Made by a program: the position numbers and the translations under genes. Below are positions 12,701-24,117 of a DNA stretch of 64,000 bases, one piece after another; position 1 is the first letter of the stretch; each line of letters begins with the position of its first letter. The notes beneath the pieces were generated by a model, which had not been told where the DNA came from, searched no databases, and worked only from the letters and a program-made list of their open reading frames with translations. The stretch is from positions 17,980,001 to 18,044,000 of the forward strand of contig OZ336890.1 of assembly GCA_965287045.1 (NCBI GenBank), read 5' to 3'. This DNA comes from Carcharhinus amblyrhynchos (taxonomy: Eukaryota).

Positions 12701-13581
12701 GTGAGTAATTTTCTAATGACCACTTCTGACAGTAACTACATTGAATTCCTTACTCTTAACTCTCTATCCTCGATGTAATCGAACTTCAAGAACGAGGCCC
12801 TAAAACTGTTGCAAAACTTGATTCAAATATACTCCCCTCCGCAAAGAAAGGCGGAAGGGAGTGTGTTTGAACCTTTGTTAAGATTTGGGATCCAGTGACA
12901 GTCTAATGTGATTTATACAAAAAAGAATTTTGTGGCCTAGGGAAAAAAAAGCAGGCCCAATTTCAGACTGTGACCCCAGTTAGTGGGAGCCTCGAAGGGA
13001 TTTGCAAAGCAGATTAGACCCAGGTTGAATGACAGTGCTTCATATAACTTTCTGAGAATTCACCCGGGGGGCTGCAGGGAGCGTGGGGAGGGGTGGGGGG
13101 GGCACTCACCCCCATCCATCTACAGATGTCATATTTATTTTCAAATGATGAACTTTTGCCAAAGGGTAAAGTGTTAAATTAGGCGTGAAGTGTGATTGAT
13201 GAGGGAAGGCGAACACTTTCACAAATTCCAGGGATATCTTTTGACAGAATCACCAGCGAAAAAGCAGTCAGGGGGCTGGGGGTAGAGAGTGGAGGTGGGG
13301 GGTTAGGCAGCCGGAGTTGTCTGTTTAAGGACATAGCTGGAATAGCTTCAATCAGGCTGTGTTCTTGCTTGCGAATTTTATTTGAAAGCTGTTTTTTTAA
13401 TAAAAACGTTTACTAAAAATCGGGGAGGAAATCGTCCCCCTTTTTTTATCTAATTCAAATTCGAGAAGAAATGGCAAGATGTTTTCCAATGCTTATTGGA
13501 AATCGCCTGTATCAGTCTCAGGGCAAATGCTGTCTTCTCCGCCAAGCTAACATCATTCTTATCCCTGCAACCTTCCCCCAG
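12701..13581 (+). other. Predicted 5'UTR intron of the divergent SSTR gene
   Basis: Donor ACA|GTGAGT at 12701; branch-like GCTAAC ~13546-13551; pyrimidine tract and CCCCAG acceptor ending at 13581; lies in a repeat-free stretch upstream of the CDS. Confidence 0.4.
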
Positions 13582-14162
13582 ATCCGCACTTCAGCCCAAC
13601 TTTTTTTTATTTGACTGATATTAGATAATAAATAGCCCAGTGATCTGGATATTTGAAAAGGTTGGGATTTACTGAGCAAGCTGAAGGGTTGACAGCTAAA
13701 TCTGCAGTGTTCAAACACAGGCTGGAAGTTTATGGCAAACAAGTTGTTCTGTAACACTAGCAAGAAGGGATTCAGTGAAACAAGCCGTGGCGAATGCTCC
13801 AAAAAGTTCTCTGGAGATTGAGTGATGGAATTTGTAATTAGCTGCTGTAGTGGGCGCTGTGCTTTTTTTTATGATGGCCACTGACATAGTAATTTAATAC
13901 CAGGAAAGTTGGAAAGTGTTTTGAAGGGAGAGAGTGATTATGGAAAGCAGAGTTCACCGATCTGGGGCACTGAGCAGATGGGGATGTGGAAGCGGCTGGA
14001 AGTGACTTACAGAAACGGCCCAGCGAGCAGCAGCTGATAAGGATGGCGAGGAGTGCGAGTGGCCCATTCAGCTGCTGAAAGCTCCAGCTTTCGGGGTCGG
14101 GTGGGAGAACACCTCCAGAGGGCTCGGATGCCTTAAATCCCCGCCTGGGAATTTAACCCCCG

Positions 14163-14180
14163 GCAGCAGCAGCAGCAGCA
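14163..14180 (+). repeat. (GCA)6 microsatellite 6 nt upstream of the start codon
   Basis: GCAGCAGCAGCAGCAGCA-ATAAGG-ATG. Confidence 0.85.
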
Positions 14181-14186
14181 ATAAGG

Positions 14187-15305
14187 ATGAGCCACCTTCC
14201 AGCTGAAGGGAACGTGTCTGCCTCCCCAGTGGATGCTGGGTTTAATTTGGGGGCTGCAGCCAACAGATCCGGGGGGCTGTGGGCGACCAACGACACCCAG
14301 GACTTTGAGGATGGGGCGGCCTCCAGTATATACGACGTCCTGATCCCCAGCCTGTACTGCCTGGTGTGTGTGCTGGGGCTGGGCGGCAATTCCTTGGTCA
14401 TCTTCAGCATCGTGCACCAGGCCAGGGCCAGGAGCGTGGCCAACATTTACATCCTCAACCTGGCCCTGGCGGATGGCCTCTTCATGCTGGGACTTCCTTT
14501 CCTCGCCATGCAGATCGCCCTCCGCCGCTGGCCCTTTGGAGGATTCATGTGCAGGTTGGTTATGATCTTGGATGGCATCAACCAGTTCACCAGTGTCTTC
14601 TGTATCACCGTGATGAGCATCGACAGGTACCTGGCTGTGGTGCACCCAGTCAGATCTTCCAGGTGGCGCAGCCCCAGGCTGGCAAAGAGAGTGAGTGCCA
14701 TCCTCTGGGTGATCTCCTTCATCCCTGTCATCCCCATGGCCATTTACTCAGGCGTGGATGGTGCTTCAGATGTCTGTACTTTAATCTGGCCAGAGCCTGT
14801 CTTTCTCTGGTCCACCGCCTTCATCATCTACACTTTTGTGCTGGGCTTCGCCCTGCCTTTTGCCATCATCTCCCTGTGCCACATTGTGCTGCTGCTGAGG
14901 ATAAAGAGTGCCCTCCTCTCCCCCCACAGCAGCCAGTCCCACAGCTCCGAGAGGAAAGTCACCACCATGGTGGTGGCCATCGTGCTGGCTTTCGCTACCT
15001 GCTGGCTGCCTTTCTACACCATCAACATCTGTGCCCTCTTCCAACCCATTCCAGAGAGCTTCACTGTCAGGAGATTCTTCGAGTTCATGGTGGTCCTCTC
15101 CTACTTCAACAGCTGCGCCAACCCCATTCTCTACATCTGCCTGTCAGACACTTGCTGGAGAAGCTGCCAGATGTTGCTGTGCCCCAGGTCGGTGCTGAGG
15201 AAGAAGGCCCTGGGGGAGAGGAGGCTGGAGGAGCATCAGATGCAAGGTCTGACCGAGTCCCAGCTCACTGCCTCTGCTGCGGAGCTAGAGAGTGTGTTCA
15301 GATAA
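14187..15305 (+). CDS. Divergent somatostatin receptor (SSTR2/3/5 clade), intronless CDS, 372 aa
   Basis: Seven TM segments; GN(1.50), [36 protein letters not shown] and NSCANPILY motifs; N-glycosylation sequons NVS, NRS, NDT; ORF intact with TAA at 15303-15305; subtype cannot be assigned by eye. Confidence 0.93.
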   Translation: MSHLPAEGNVSASPVDAGFNLGAAANRSGGLWATNDTQDFEDGAASSIYDVLIPSLYCLVCVLGLGGNSLVIFSIVHQARARSVANIYILNLALADGLFMLGLPFLAMQIALRRWPFGGFMCRLVMILDGINQFTSVFCITVMSIDRYLAVVHPVRSSRWRSPRLAKRVSAILWVISFIPVIPMAIYSGVDGASDVCTLIWPEPVFLWSTAFIIYTFVLGFALPFAIISLCHIVLLLRIKSALLSPHSSQSHSSERKVTTMVVAIVLAFATCWLPFYTINICALFQPIPESFTVRRFFEFMVVLSYFNSCANPILYICLSDTCWRSCQMLLCPRSVLRKKALGERRLEEHQMQGLTESQLTASAAELESVFR

Positions 15306-15309
15306 TGCC

Positions 15310-15650
15310 ACCTTCTCCTGGAGGCAACCTATCCTCTCCTGCAGGAAGCCCAACCACTCCTGCCCACACATTCCTGCCCACCCTCTCTGGAATGAAGCCC
15401 ACCCCCTCCTACAGGAAGCCCACCCTCCCCAAGCCCACCTTCTCCGGAATGAAGCCCACCCTCTCCTGCCCACTCTTTCCCGTAGGGAGCCCACCCTCTC
15501 ATGCCTACCCTCTCCTGTAAGGAGCCCACTCCTGTCTACCCTCTCATGCCCACCCTCTTTAGAAGGAAGCCCACCCTCCCCAGCCCACCCCCTCCTGCCT
15601 ATCCTTTCCAGCCCATCCTCTTTTGAAGGAAGCCCACCCTCTCCAGGAGG
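15310..15650. repeat. Imperfect C-rich minisatellite (GAAGCCCACCCTCTCCTGCCCAC-like) just after the stop codon
   Basis: Repeated AGCCCACCCTC units in variable-length periods. Confidence 0.85.
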
Positions 15651-16519
15651 CAGTTGCTCCAGACCGATGGATGTTCGAGAAATGGATTTTCAGTCTCTGG
15701 GACCTTTCAGTGATTTTATGCCATGAGCTGCGGAGCCATCGCCTGTCTAATACAAACTTTGGGTCGAATTGGTTCGACAACAACATTCACTGGGCATTCT
15801 CTCTATAAACTGTTGTTTCCCCCCCCCCAACCCCGCAGTAGAAAGGTGTTAAATGTTAAACGAATCGAAACAGTTTATATTCTTGAGCTAATCTGGGGCA
15901 AGATTCAAGCAGCGACTGAACAACTTGGTGCATCAACAATCGGTTGATGTTGGAGCTAGTCACAGTGTGTGTCTGTAATAATACCACAGGATGTAGGTTA
16001 CAGCAATTGAAAGATTGCAGGTGACGAGGGGAGAGTTGGTTATATCGCGCCTTGTTAATCTCGCTCACAAGACTGCAATGTGATTCAGGTACAGTGAATT
16101 GTTTTGTTCGGTGTCGGTTGAAGTGTTTTAAAACCATTATTTGCAGGGTAAAGTTCGGCGCAGTGAAAATACAGATTCACAACAGTCCGAATGAGGGAAG
16201 TGGCGGATTCTGGACAACTCTTCACTGGAGTCATGATCTGTGAAAGGGTTAAATCTTGAACTTGTATCAGTCCAAGCTATTTACTGGCGCGGTGCATGCG
16301 GGTTGGGGGGGGGGGGGGGAGTGTGGATTTATAAGTATTCGTGGCTTTTTCTCCACTCTGTGCGTTGACTCACAGTTGAGCCGGTGGCAATGTAACGCTG
16401 CAGCTATTCCATCTCCCCCCTGTCTGTCCCTGGTCAGGTGAATTCCTGTTGGAAATTTACTATAAAGCTCGAATTCTGTGAATATACATTAAGCAAGCCT
16501 TGTAAACTTCTCTATAAAC

Positions 16520-16525
16520 ATTAAA
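16520..16525 (+). terminator. Candidate polyadenylation signal of the divergent SSTR gene
   Basis: ATTAAA with TGTA upstream and T/G-rich sequence downstream, near the end of the unique region before the next SINE. Confidence 0.35.
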
Positions 16526-16774
16526 CAACGTTCATTGTATAAAGCTGCACTTTGTTCCCGCATTTTCATTCTCCAATTTTAACAATTATCACATCTTTTG
16601 CAAACACACTCTCTGCCCATTCATTGTACCAGCCAAACTTTGCTCTGTCTCTCTCTCTCCAACTAGGGAAAGCACGAATCCATTTCGAAATACGGAGTTG
16701 GTTCATGCTGCCACAGTGCAGGAGCGAAGCTTTGGGCGAAATTTCTTATCCTGCCCGTATCATTAATAATGATA

Positions 16775-17063
16775 GGATCATAGAAATTTTACAGTACAGA
16801 AAGAGGCCATTCGGCCCATCGAATCTGCACCGACTACAATCCCACCCAAGCCCTACCCCTAAATATTTACCCACTAATCCACACATCAGGACAATTTTAG
16901 CTTAGCCAATCAACCTAACCCACATCATTGAACTGTGGAAGGAAACCCACGCAGACACGAGGAGAATGTACAAACTCCACTCAGACAGTGACCCAAGCCA
17001 GGAAGCGAACCCAGGTCCCTGGAACCGTGAAGCAGCAGTGCTAACCACTGTGCTACCGTGCCC
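16775..17063 (-). mobile_element. HE1/V-SINE-like element, type A
   Basis: ATCATAGAAA...GGCCATTCGGCCC...GCAGCAGTGCTAACCACTGTGCTACCGTGCCC. Confidence 0.8.
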
Positions 17064-19794
17064 GCCTGTAACAACGCTCCTCCAAAACCTCACACACTTC
17101 CAACAACCATTTTCCAAAAGCTCACACACTTTCCCTGCCGCGCCAGTTGAGAAATCTGCTCCATGAACGACTTTTGTTTGACATCGCACTATTTTTAGAA
17201 AATCCTAGATCATCTCCCCGGACAGACAGAACCCACCCAGAGAGGGAATTCTGTGCTCCGACGAGCGTGACACTCCTTTATTCACGACAAGGTTATTCGC
17301 ACAAGTAGATGTAACCGTCCCCATGAGTAAATTGCATCCCATTGTCGCCTGCTTTTCAGTGCTGTGAATGTTATCCGAGTGAACAGGGAGTGGAGGCCCT
17401 GGAGGATCAGCACCCAAGCTGCTAAACTACATTTCACCCGTCCCCTGCACCTCATCGATATCATAACAGCGGTGTAAGGTTGTGTAAAAACATTCTGTTG
17501 AAACATAGTTCCTGCCAATGGACAGTCAGAACTCAAAAGTGGAATAAATATTGGGCTTTGGGCCTGTTTTGAAGGATCTGAGTTTGGGCTCATCAGATTA
17601 ATTCAGAAAATTAAAACAATTTGAACTTGTTTAAATTATCGATTCCTTAAGTAAAATGGTAGTGCACATTCATAAAGAAGAAGTAAGTCTACTGGTGTAA
17701 TCTCATTTCATCTGTAGGTTGATATATTATGTTCCACTTGCTTAGACAATGATTAGTTTTCTTATCCCTAGCTCTTCCATCAACCTCCTAATGTCAAACT
17801 CAGGACAATAATCAGCCTGATCTGTGTAATTGTCTCTGATTGACTGGCTATATTGTCTTCAACGTTGTCCCAAAATATTCCGAGTAGGTGATGATTGGCT
17901 TTTCTATTAGATTGAATTCATGATCTAACGACAAGAGAACACACAGCAGGCATCTAATCAAGTTCAATCTGAAATACGGGAAGGGTGTGGAGCCGGATTC
18001 CATGGGAATTTGATTCAACAGTGCATATATTCATTTCAAAATGTGAGAATTTAGAGCCTTTACCTTTCCAGATTTGGACCAATTTGACCATTCTGTTGGC
18101 CATAAATCTCTGTCAAAAGTCTACCCAGACAGAGAAGTCATTATGTATGTACATTGGTCAAATAAGAAAGAGACCTCAATACAATAGTTAACATTCAGAT
18201 TTCAAATGTGAATATTACGAAGGAACACTGCTTAAAAAATAGGGAACTCTTTACACAGGAATAGAAACAGAATTGGGCCTGATAAACCCACATAAACGTT
18301 GTGTGTTTTGTGGTCTGAACTATAACAGTCAGAGATGAAGGAACAATATTGGTAAAGCCCAACATGAAGCGAGACCTGGAGCTGAGTTCATGGCTTGAGA
18401 TACTATCCAGGCAGATGATACAACCCTTCTGATCTAGGTCTATTACAATGCAATGGAAGGTTAGACGGGATGAGTTGATGCAATATGTTTTTGAGCCATT
18501 GTAAAATGACCTGGCTGTGTAATTTAAAACAGCAAGTGGTTTGGAATCTGCTGCACACTGTGTTTGCAGGGTGCACTTTGATGGGATTTCCAGAAAAGGA
18601 CATCCACTTCATACACCAAATTCCTTTAAATTTAGTTTAATTAAAAGAATGTTACCACCTCACCCACCCCAATTCCAGCTCGCAGAACAGAAATCTCCAT
18701 TGACCTTGGATGAGATTTTACGATCTTTCCCGAGTGAGGTTGAAAAACCCTGTCTGTCAAACTAAAGCCTTTAATTGGAACAGATTTTACCATGAAGTTT
18801 AAGGATTCAATAGCAGATGACGTACAGAATGCTGACTTGTTATCAGTCATGCTGGTGCTGGAAGTTGCCTGGAGGCCCTTAAAGCTGGAAAGCCCCTCAC
18901 AGTTGAGATTAATGAGAAGTTAATGGTCAATCACCATTTGGAATTGGTCAAACAGCTGTACCAAGATGGTATTGCACTTGCAGCACACTTCCTGAAACAT
19001 TACAAAAATTGGACTTCTCATCTTTGATTCCCTCCAGGGCATCCAGAAAAATTTTCAGCATTTTTGGATAAAGTCCTTTGGACTCCAATGGCCTTGATAG
19101 TAGTTTAACAGAAAGATGGCCTTTTTCTTTCAATCGCTTTGGAATACCAACCTTCAAGCAGTAACAAACTGAAAACTGAAACCTGTACTTTGAATAAAAA
19201 TTTAATATAATTTCTACCCTAATTTTCATAATGCAATTGTGAATGGAACCAGGAAAAGGATAATTGTCCAACAGAAATGAGAATATTGTTTTGAGGTTCA
19301 TATGTGAATAAATTTTTTTTTAGTTTAAAAAGAAATAAGGTTTACATTGATAATGGAGAGTTCAGTTACCCAAATACTGACTTGAGTAACAGCAGCTAAA
19401 TGATTAAGAAAGACTTCATGTCCCTGGAGGCAGTGGAAGGTTGTTGTTGGAGAACAAATCAAGTCAGAATTTATTTTAGATTTAATGGTGGGGATTCAAG
19501 CTGAAACCTGAGGAACATCTAATGTCCGTTGATCTGTTAAATGTGAAATGTGCATTAGGCTGGATGGAAAGGCCAATGGCACAACACTGACGTTTAGAAA
19601 GAACAAACTTTTGAAGAGATGTTTAAAAAAAAGTTTTTACAATGTTTACATGGGGTCAAAAATATACGGAGAATCCATAGTGGTGAGGGGGGCTGTAGTC
19701 TAAAAGTCAATTTTGTAAAATACAATGAAGAGGGGACATAACTAAGCAGCGATATAAATGTGGGACTAACAGAACCCATCTGAAATAGAGTAAT

Positions 19795-20272
19795 CCATAG
19801 AATAGAATCCCTACAGTGCAGAAAGAGGCTATTCAGACCATTGAGCCTGCGCTGACTCTCTGACGGTGCATAAGATAAAAGCAAAATACTGTGGATGCTA
19901 GAATCTGAAATGAAAACAGAAAATTCTGGAAAATCTTAGCAGGTCTGACAGCATCTGTAGGGAGAGGATAGAACCAATGTTTCAAGTCTAGATGACCCTC
20001 TGACGAAGAGAATGAAGCCAATATTTTGATTCCAGGTGACCTTCTGACGAAGGGTCATTAAGACTCAAAACATTGGCTCTATTCTTTCCCCACAGATGCT
20101 ATCAGACCTGCTGAAATTTCCAGCATTTTCTGTCTCTGACAATGCATCTTACGCAGACCCACCCCCTCCGCCCTATCCCCATAACCCCTACTAATCCTCC
20201 TAACCTAAACATCTTGGAACACAAAGAAGCAATTTTTAGCATGGCCAATCCACCTAACCTGCACATCTTCGG
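19795..20272 (-). mobile_element. Type-A V-SINE 3' half interrupted by a palindromic Penelope-type element (~19873-20132)
   Basis: SINE tail at 19795-19872 resumes at ~20133; the insert has inverted arms and a CTGACGA hammerhead core at 20044-20050. Confidence 0.7.
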
Positions 20273-20549
20273 GCTTTTGAATTTAGAAAGATTTAGAGAA
20301 TTTGAAAGAAAAACAAATAAAACTATGTTAAAAATAAAGAACACCTTTCAGATGGTTGTTTATATAGCAGGCAAAGTGTTACAAAGGTATTAGGCCATTT
20401 AAACGATAAATTTCTGAACCTGAGAACAAGGGGTAAAAAAACCTAAAATAGTTTATTTCCACTTGTGTTGGGGAGGAATAGAGAGGAGAATTGCCTATTC
20501 AAGGATTAGGTTTTCAATGAAGATCAAGAAAGAGCTTGGTAGTATATCA

Positions 20550-20710
20550 AGATGTGCAGGTTAGGTAGATTGACCATGCTAAATTGCCCCTTAGTGTCAG
20601 GGGGAACTAGCTTGGATAAATGCATGGACTTATGGGGATAGGTGGGATTGTGGTTGGTGCAGACCCAATGGGCCAAAAGGCCTCCTTCTGAAATGTAGGA
20701 CTCTATGAAT
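20550..20710 (+). mobile_element. Type-A V-SINE 3' half
   Basis: AGATGTGCAGGTTAGG...GCTAAATTGCCCCTTAGTGTC...GGACTCTATGA. Confidence 0.75.
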
Positions 20711-21377
20711 TTATACCGTAAATGGCAGTTGTTTATTACAAAAGTTATATATTTCTGAAGCAAATAATGAGGCACAGTAAACATCCTTACAGTGGAAGTG
20801 GGCTAAATATTGTCAAATCTTTAAGCAATAATTGAAAAGTGGTCCCAAAGTATTGCAAAGTCACAAATCTAATTCCATTGTCTCATTGCCAAACAGCATC
20901 CTCTGTGAATTATAGAAAAAAAAATTACAGATGGGATTGTAAATAAAAGAAGAATCTGAAAAGAGCAGCTTGAGAACAGACTGCATGCATGGGCGCGTGA
21001 TGAGGAAACTGTGCTGAATTAAAATGTTGCATTGTTATACAGATATTACTTCATGTTGTAGATATCCTTGCCGTGTTGTCAGTGCATAAAATGATATCAA
21101 GTTAAAAATGACCAAACATACAAAAACATTGGGTGGGAAATTGAAATAATTGGATTATTGCCAAGAAAGAGAACTTTCCAGTAGGAATGGGGTTATAGGA
21201 ATGATACCTCAGACCTCTGATATTAATATGTATGGCATGAAGTATAATAATTCAAGGGTTGCAAAATATACTAAATTTAGAACAATGGCAAAGATTGAGA
21301 AATAATGTAAGCAAGCTCAATGGAAGTTACAACCTTGGTGGAAAATGAGCCACTTGATAAAAAATGCAGATTAAAGT

Positions 21378-21962
21378 TAAATTATTTATTAACATCACAA
21401 GTAGGCTTACATTAACACTGCAATGAAATTACTGTGAAAATCCCATAGTTGCCATACTCTGGCACCTGTTTGGGTACACTGAGATGGAATTTAGGATGGC
21501 CAGTGCATTTAACTAGCCCGTCTTTCAGACCATGGGGTGGCACAGTGGTTTGCACTGCTGCCTTACAGCGCCAAGGACCCAGATTCAATTCCCGGCTTGA
21601 GTTACTGTCTGTGCAGAGTCTGTACATTGTCCCTGTGTCTGTGTGGGTTTCCTCCGGGTACTCCAATTTCCTCCTACTGTCCAAAGATGTACAGGTTATG
21701 TGGATTGGCCATGCTAAATTGCCCCTTAGTGTCAGGAGGACTAGCTAGGATAAGTACATGGGTTATGGGAATAGGGCCTGGGTGGGATTGTAATCGGTGC
21801 AGATGGCCTCCTTCTGCACTGTAAGATTCTATGATTCTGGAGCACTTGCAGGAAATGGGTGAACGTGCAGACTGTGTGCAGACAGTGACCCAAGCTGGGA
21901 ATCTATCCAGGTCCCTGGCACTGTGAGACAGCAGTGCTAACCATTGTGCCAACATGCTGCCC
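21378..21962. mobile_element. Nested SINEs: minus-strand type-B V-SINE split by a plus-strand type-A copy (~21535-21838)
   Basis: Type-B tail at 21378-21530; head of the same element at 21838-21962; complete opposite-strand copy between them. Confidence 0.75.
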
Positions 21963-22424
21963 CCCAATGTAAGAATAATTAGTGTGAGACCAGAATAGGA
22001 AGTTTGTGTTAGATACAAAAGTCAGGCTGCATTAATCAGGAAAGGAATGTCATGGTTATTTAAGAAACACCTTTGGAACAATCAAACTGTAATAGCAGTC
22101 ATGATTGATACAAATCAAATTTGCAAGCCAGTAACAAGTATTGATTAGACCTTCTCTGGAGTAGTGTTTGTTGCTCTGGTATTTAGACTATCAAAAGGAT
22201 ACTTTGGTCTTTGTGATAAAATGGCAAAGGCCAATTTGTATAATATTCAAGCTCAGAAATGTTATTCATTAGGAAAGATGAATAGGACTTTGTTCTCATT
22301 TGGAGTAGAAACAATTTGAGTTGATCTTTAGAAGTTTCCAAAATATGAAAGGAAACAGTTGAACACAAAAAATAAAAACAAGAAACAAATTTTAAAAATT
22401 AGGGAACTAAATCAAGAAGTTATA

Positions 22425-23115
22425 GGTAAAAGCAAATTAGTGCAGATGCTGGAATTGGGAACAAAATCCAAAAATGCTGGAAAATCTCAGTAGGTCTGAT
22501 AGCATCTGTGGAGCGAAAACAGAGCTGACCTTTCAAGTCTGGATGTCTTAAGAGATTTTCAATTTTTGGCATTTTTGGTTTTGGTGAAGAAACTATAGAG
22601 TTGATTTTCCAAACATGTTCTGGGAAGCCTTGCCTATCATGTCTAGAAATCACTTACCTGTTCCACAGATTTTTTTCAACCATCACGCTGACATCTCTAC
22701 CTTTAGTCTGCTGCACTGCACCAATGAAGCTCAACGTATGTTTGAGAAACAGCACCTCATCTTTTGACTATAACCTTTCAATCTCGACATTGAGTTTGAC
22801 AATTTCAGACTCTAAACTCTGTCTCCATATTTTGTTTCCCTGACTTTGTATATTTTAATTATCTTATCGTCACTTTCAGACAATAGAACACCTGCTCCAG
22901 GCACATCTTTTGTTTGTTTCTCCCCATCACCATTCTTTTTGCCTTGTAAGAGTAACCATTCTGCCATGTAATCTCTTCTGTCTTTCCCCCTGTCACAGAT
23001 CTTCCTTTGTCCTTCTCTCACCCACCCCTTGTTGAAAAACCAATACATCTCTCACTTTTCCCAGTTCTAATGAAAAGTCACCCCCCTGAAACATTAACAC
23101 TGTTTCTATCTCCTG
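22425..23115. mobile_element. Penelope-like element remnant (inverted terminal arm plus degraded 3' region)
   Basis: Arm AAAATGCTGGAAAATCTCAGTAGGTCTGATAGCATCTGTGGAG; decayed C-terminal coding stretch GAAGCTCAACG...GAAACAGCACCTCATC; decayed hammerhead CTAATGA...GAAAC at ~23067-23091; remainder resumes at ~24118-24175. Confidence 0.5.
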
Positions 23116-23121
23116 TCATCA

Positions 23122-24117
23122 ATGACTGTTGGCCAAATTCTCCTCCAACTTGATTTTCAAGTTTGTTGATGACACCACAGTAGTGGGTCAGATCTCAAAC
23201 AATGACAAGATGGAGAACAGAAAAGAGATAGAGAATCTGGTAAACTGATGCGATGACAATAATCTGTCCCTCAATGTCACCAGAACAAAGGAGGTAGTCA
23301 TTGGCTTCAGGAAGTGTAGTGCAGGACACGACAGGAATTAAGTGGAAATGGTTGAGAGTTTTAAGTGTCTAAGCATCCAGATCACCAACAACCTCAGCTG
23401 GTCCCTCCACATTGACATCATAGTTAAGAAATCCACTAATGCCTTTATTTTCTCAGGAGGTTAAGGAAATTTGGTATTTCCGCTACAACTTTACCAATGT
23501 CTACAGATGCACCATAGAAAGCATCCTTTTTGGTTGTATCAAAGTTTGGTATAGCTCCTGCTGTGTCCAAGACTGTAAAAAACACTACAAAGGGTCATGA
23601 AGAAAGCCCAGTCCATCACGCAAACTAGCCTCCCATCCATTGACTCTGTCTATACTTCGTGCAGCCTCACATCAGCAGCCAGCATAATCAAAGGCCCCAC
23701 GCACCACAGCCATACTGGGCAGGATTTTATGGCTTCTCTTGTTCCGAAACCATAAAAATCCTGCCTGAGGTCAATGGACCTTCCCATTGTCTGCCTGTCG
23801 CCCACTCCGATTCCCATGGCAGAAAAGGTGGTAAAATTCCCACTCTTTTCCACCTTCTCCCATCGGGAAAAAGATACCAAAGTCTGAGGTCACTTACCAA
23901 CCGACTCAAGAACAGTTCCCTGCTGCCATCAGACTTTTGAATGGACCTACCTCATATTAAGTTGATCTTTCTCTACCTCTCGCTATGACTGTAACACAAT
24001 GTTCTGCACCCATTACTTTCCTTCTCTATGAACGGTGTGCTTTGTCTGTATAGTGCACAAGAAACAACACTTCTCACTGTACACTAATCCATATGACAAT
24101 AATAAATCAAATCAAAT
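23122..24117 (+). mobile_element. Rex1/Babar-type LINE 3' part, degraded
   Basis: AAGTTTGTTGATGACACCACAGTAGTGGG (KFxDDTTVVG); ACCATAGAAAGCATCC (TIESIL); AATAAATCAAATCAAA tail. Confidence 0.8.
23717..23842. mobile_element. MITE inserted in the Rex1 LINE
   Basis: GGGCAGGATTTTA...TAAAATTCCC termini; internal hairpin GGCAGGATTTTATGG/CCATAAAAATCCTGCC; LINE sequence is collinear on both sides. Confidence 0.65.

Noticed and set aside
14366-15520. 384-aa alternative-frame ORF over the divergent SSTR
   Set aside because: It has a non-ATG start, a His/Pro-rich composition typical of a shifted GC3-rich frame, and runs on only through a minisatellite.
21535-21600. tRNA genes at SINE heads
   Set aside because: The A/B boxes run directly into SINE bodies and no complete cloverleaf is evident.
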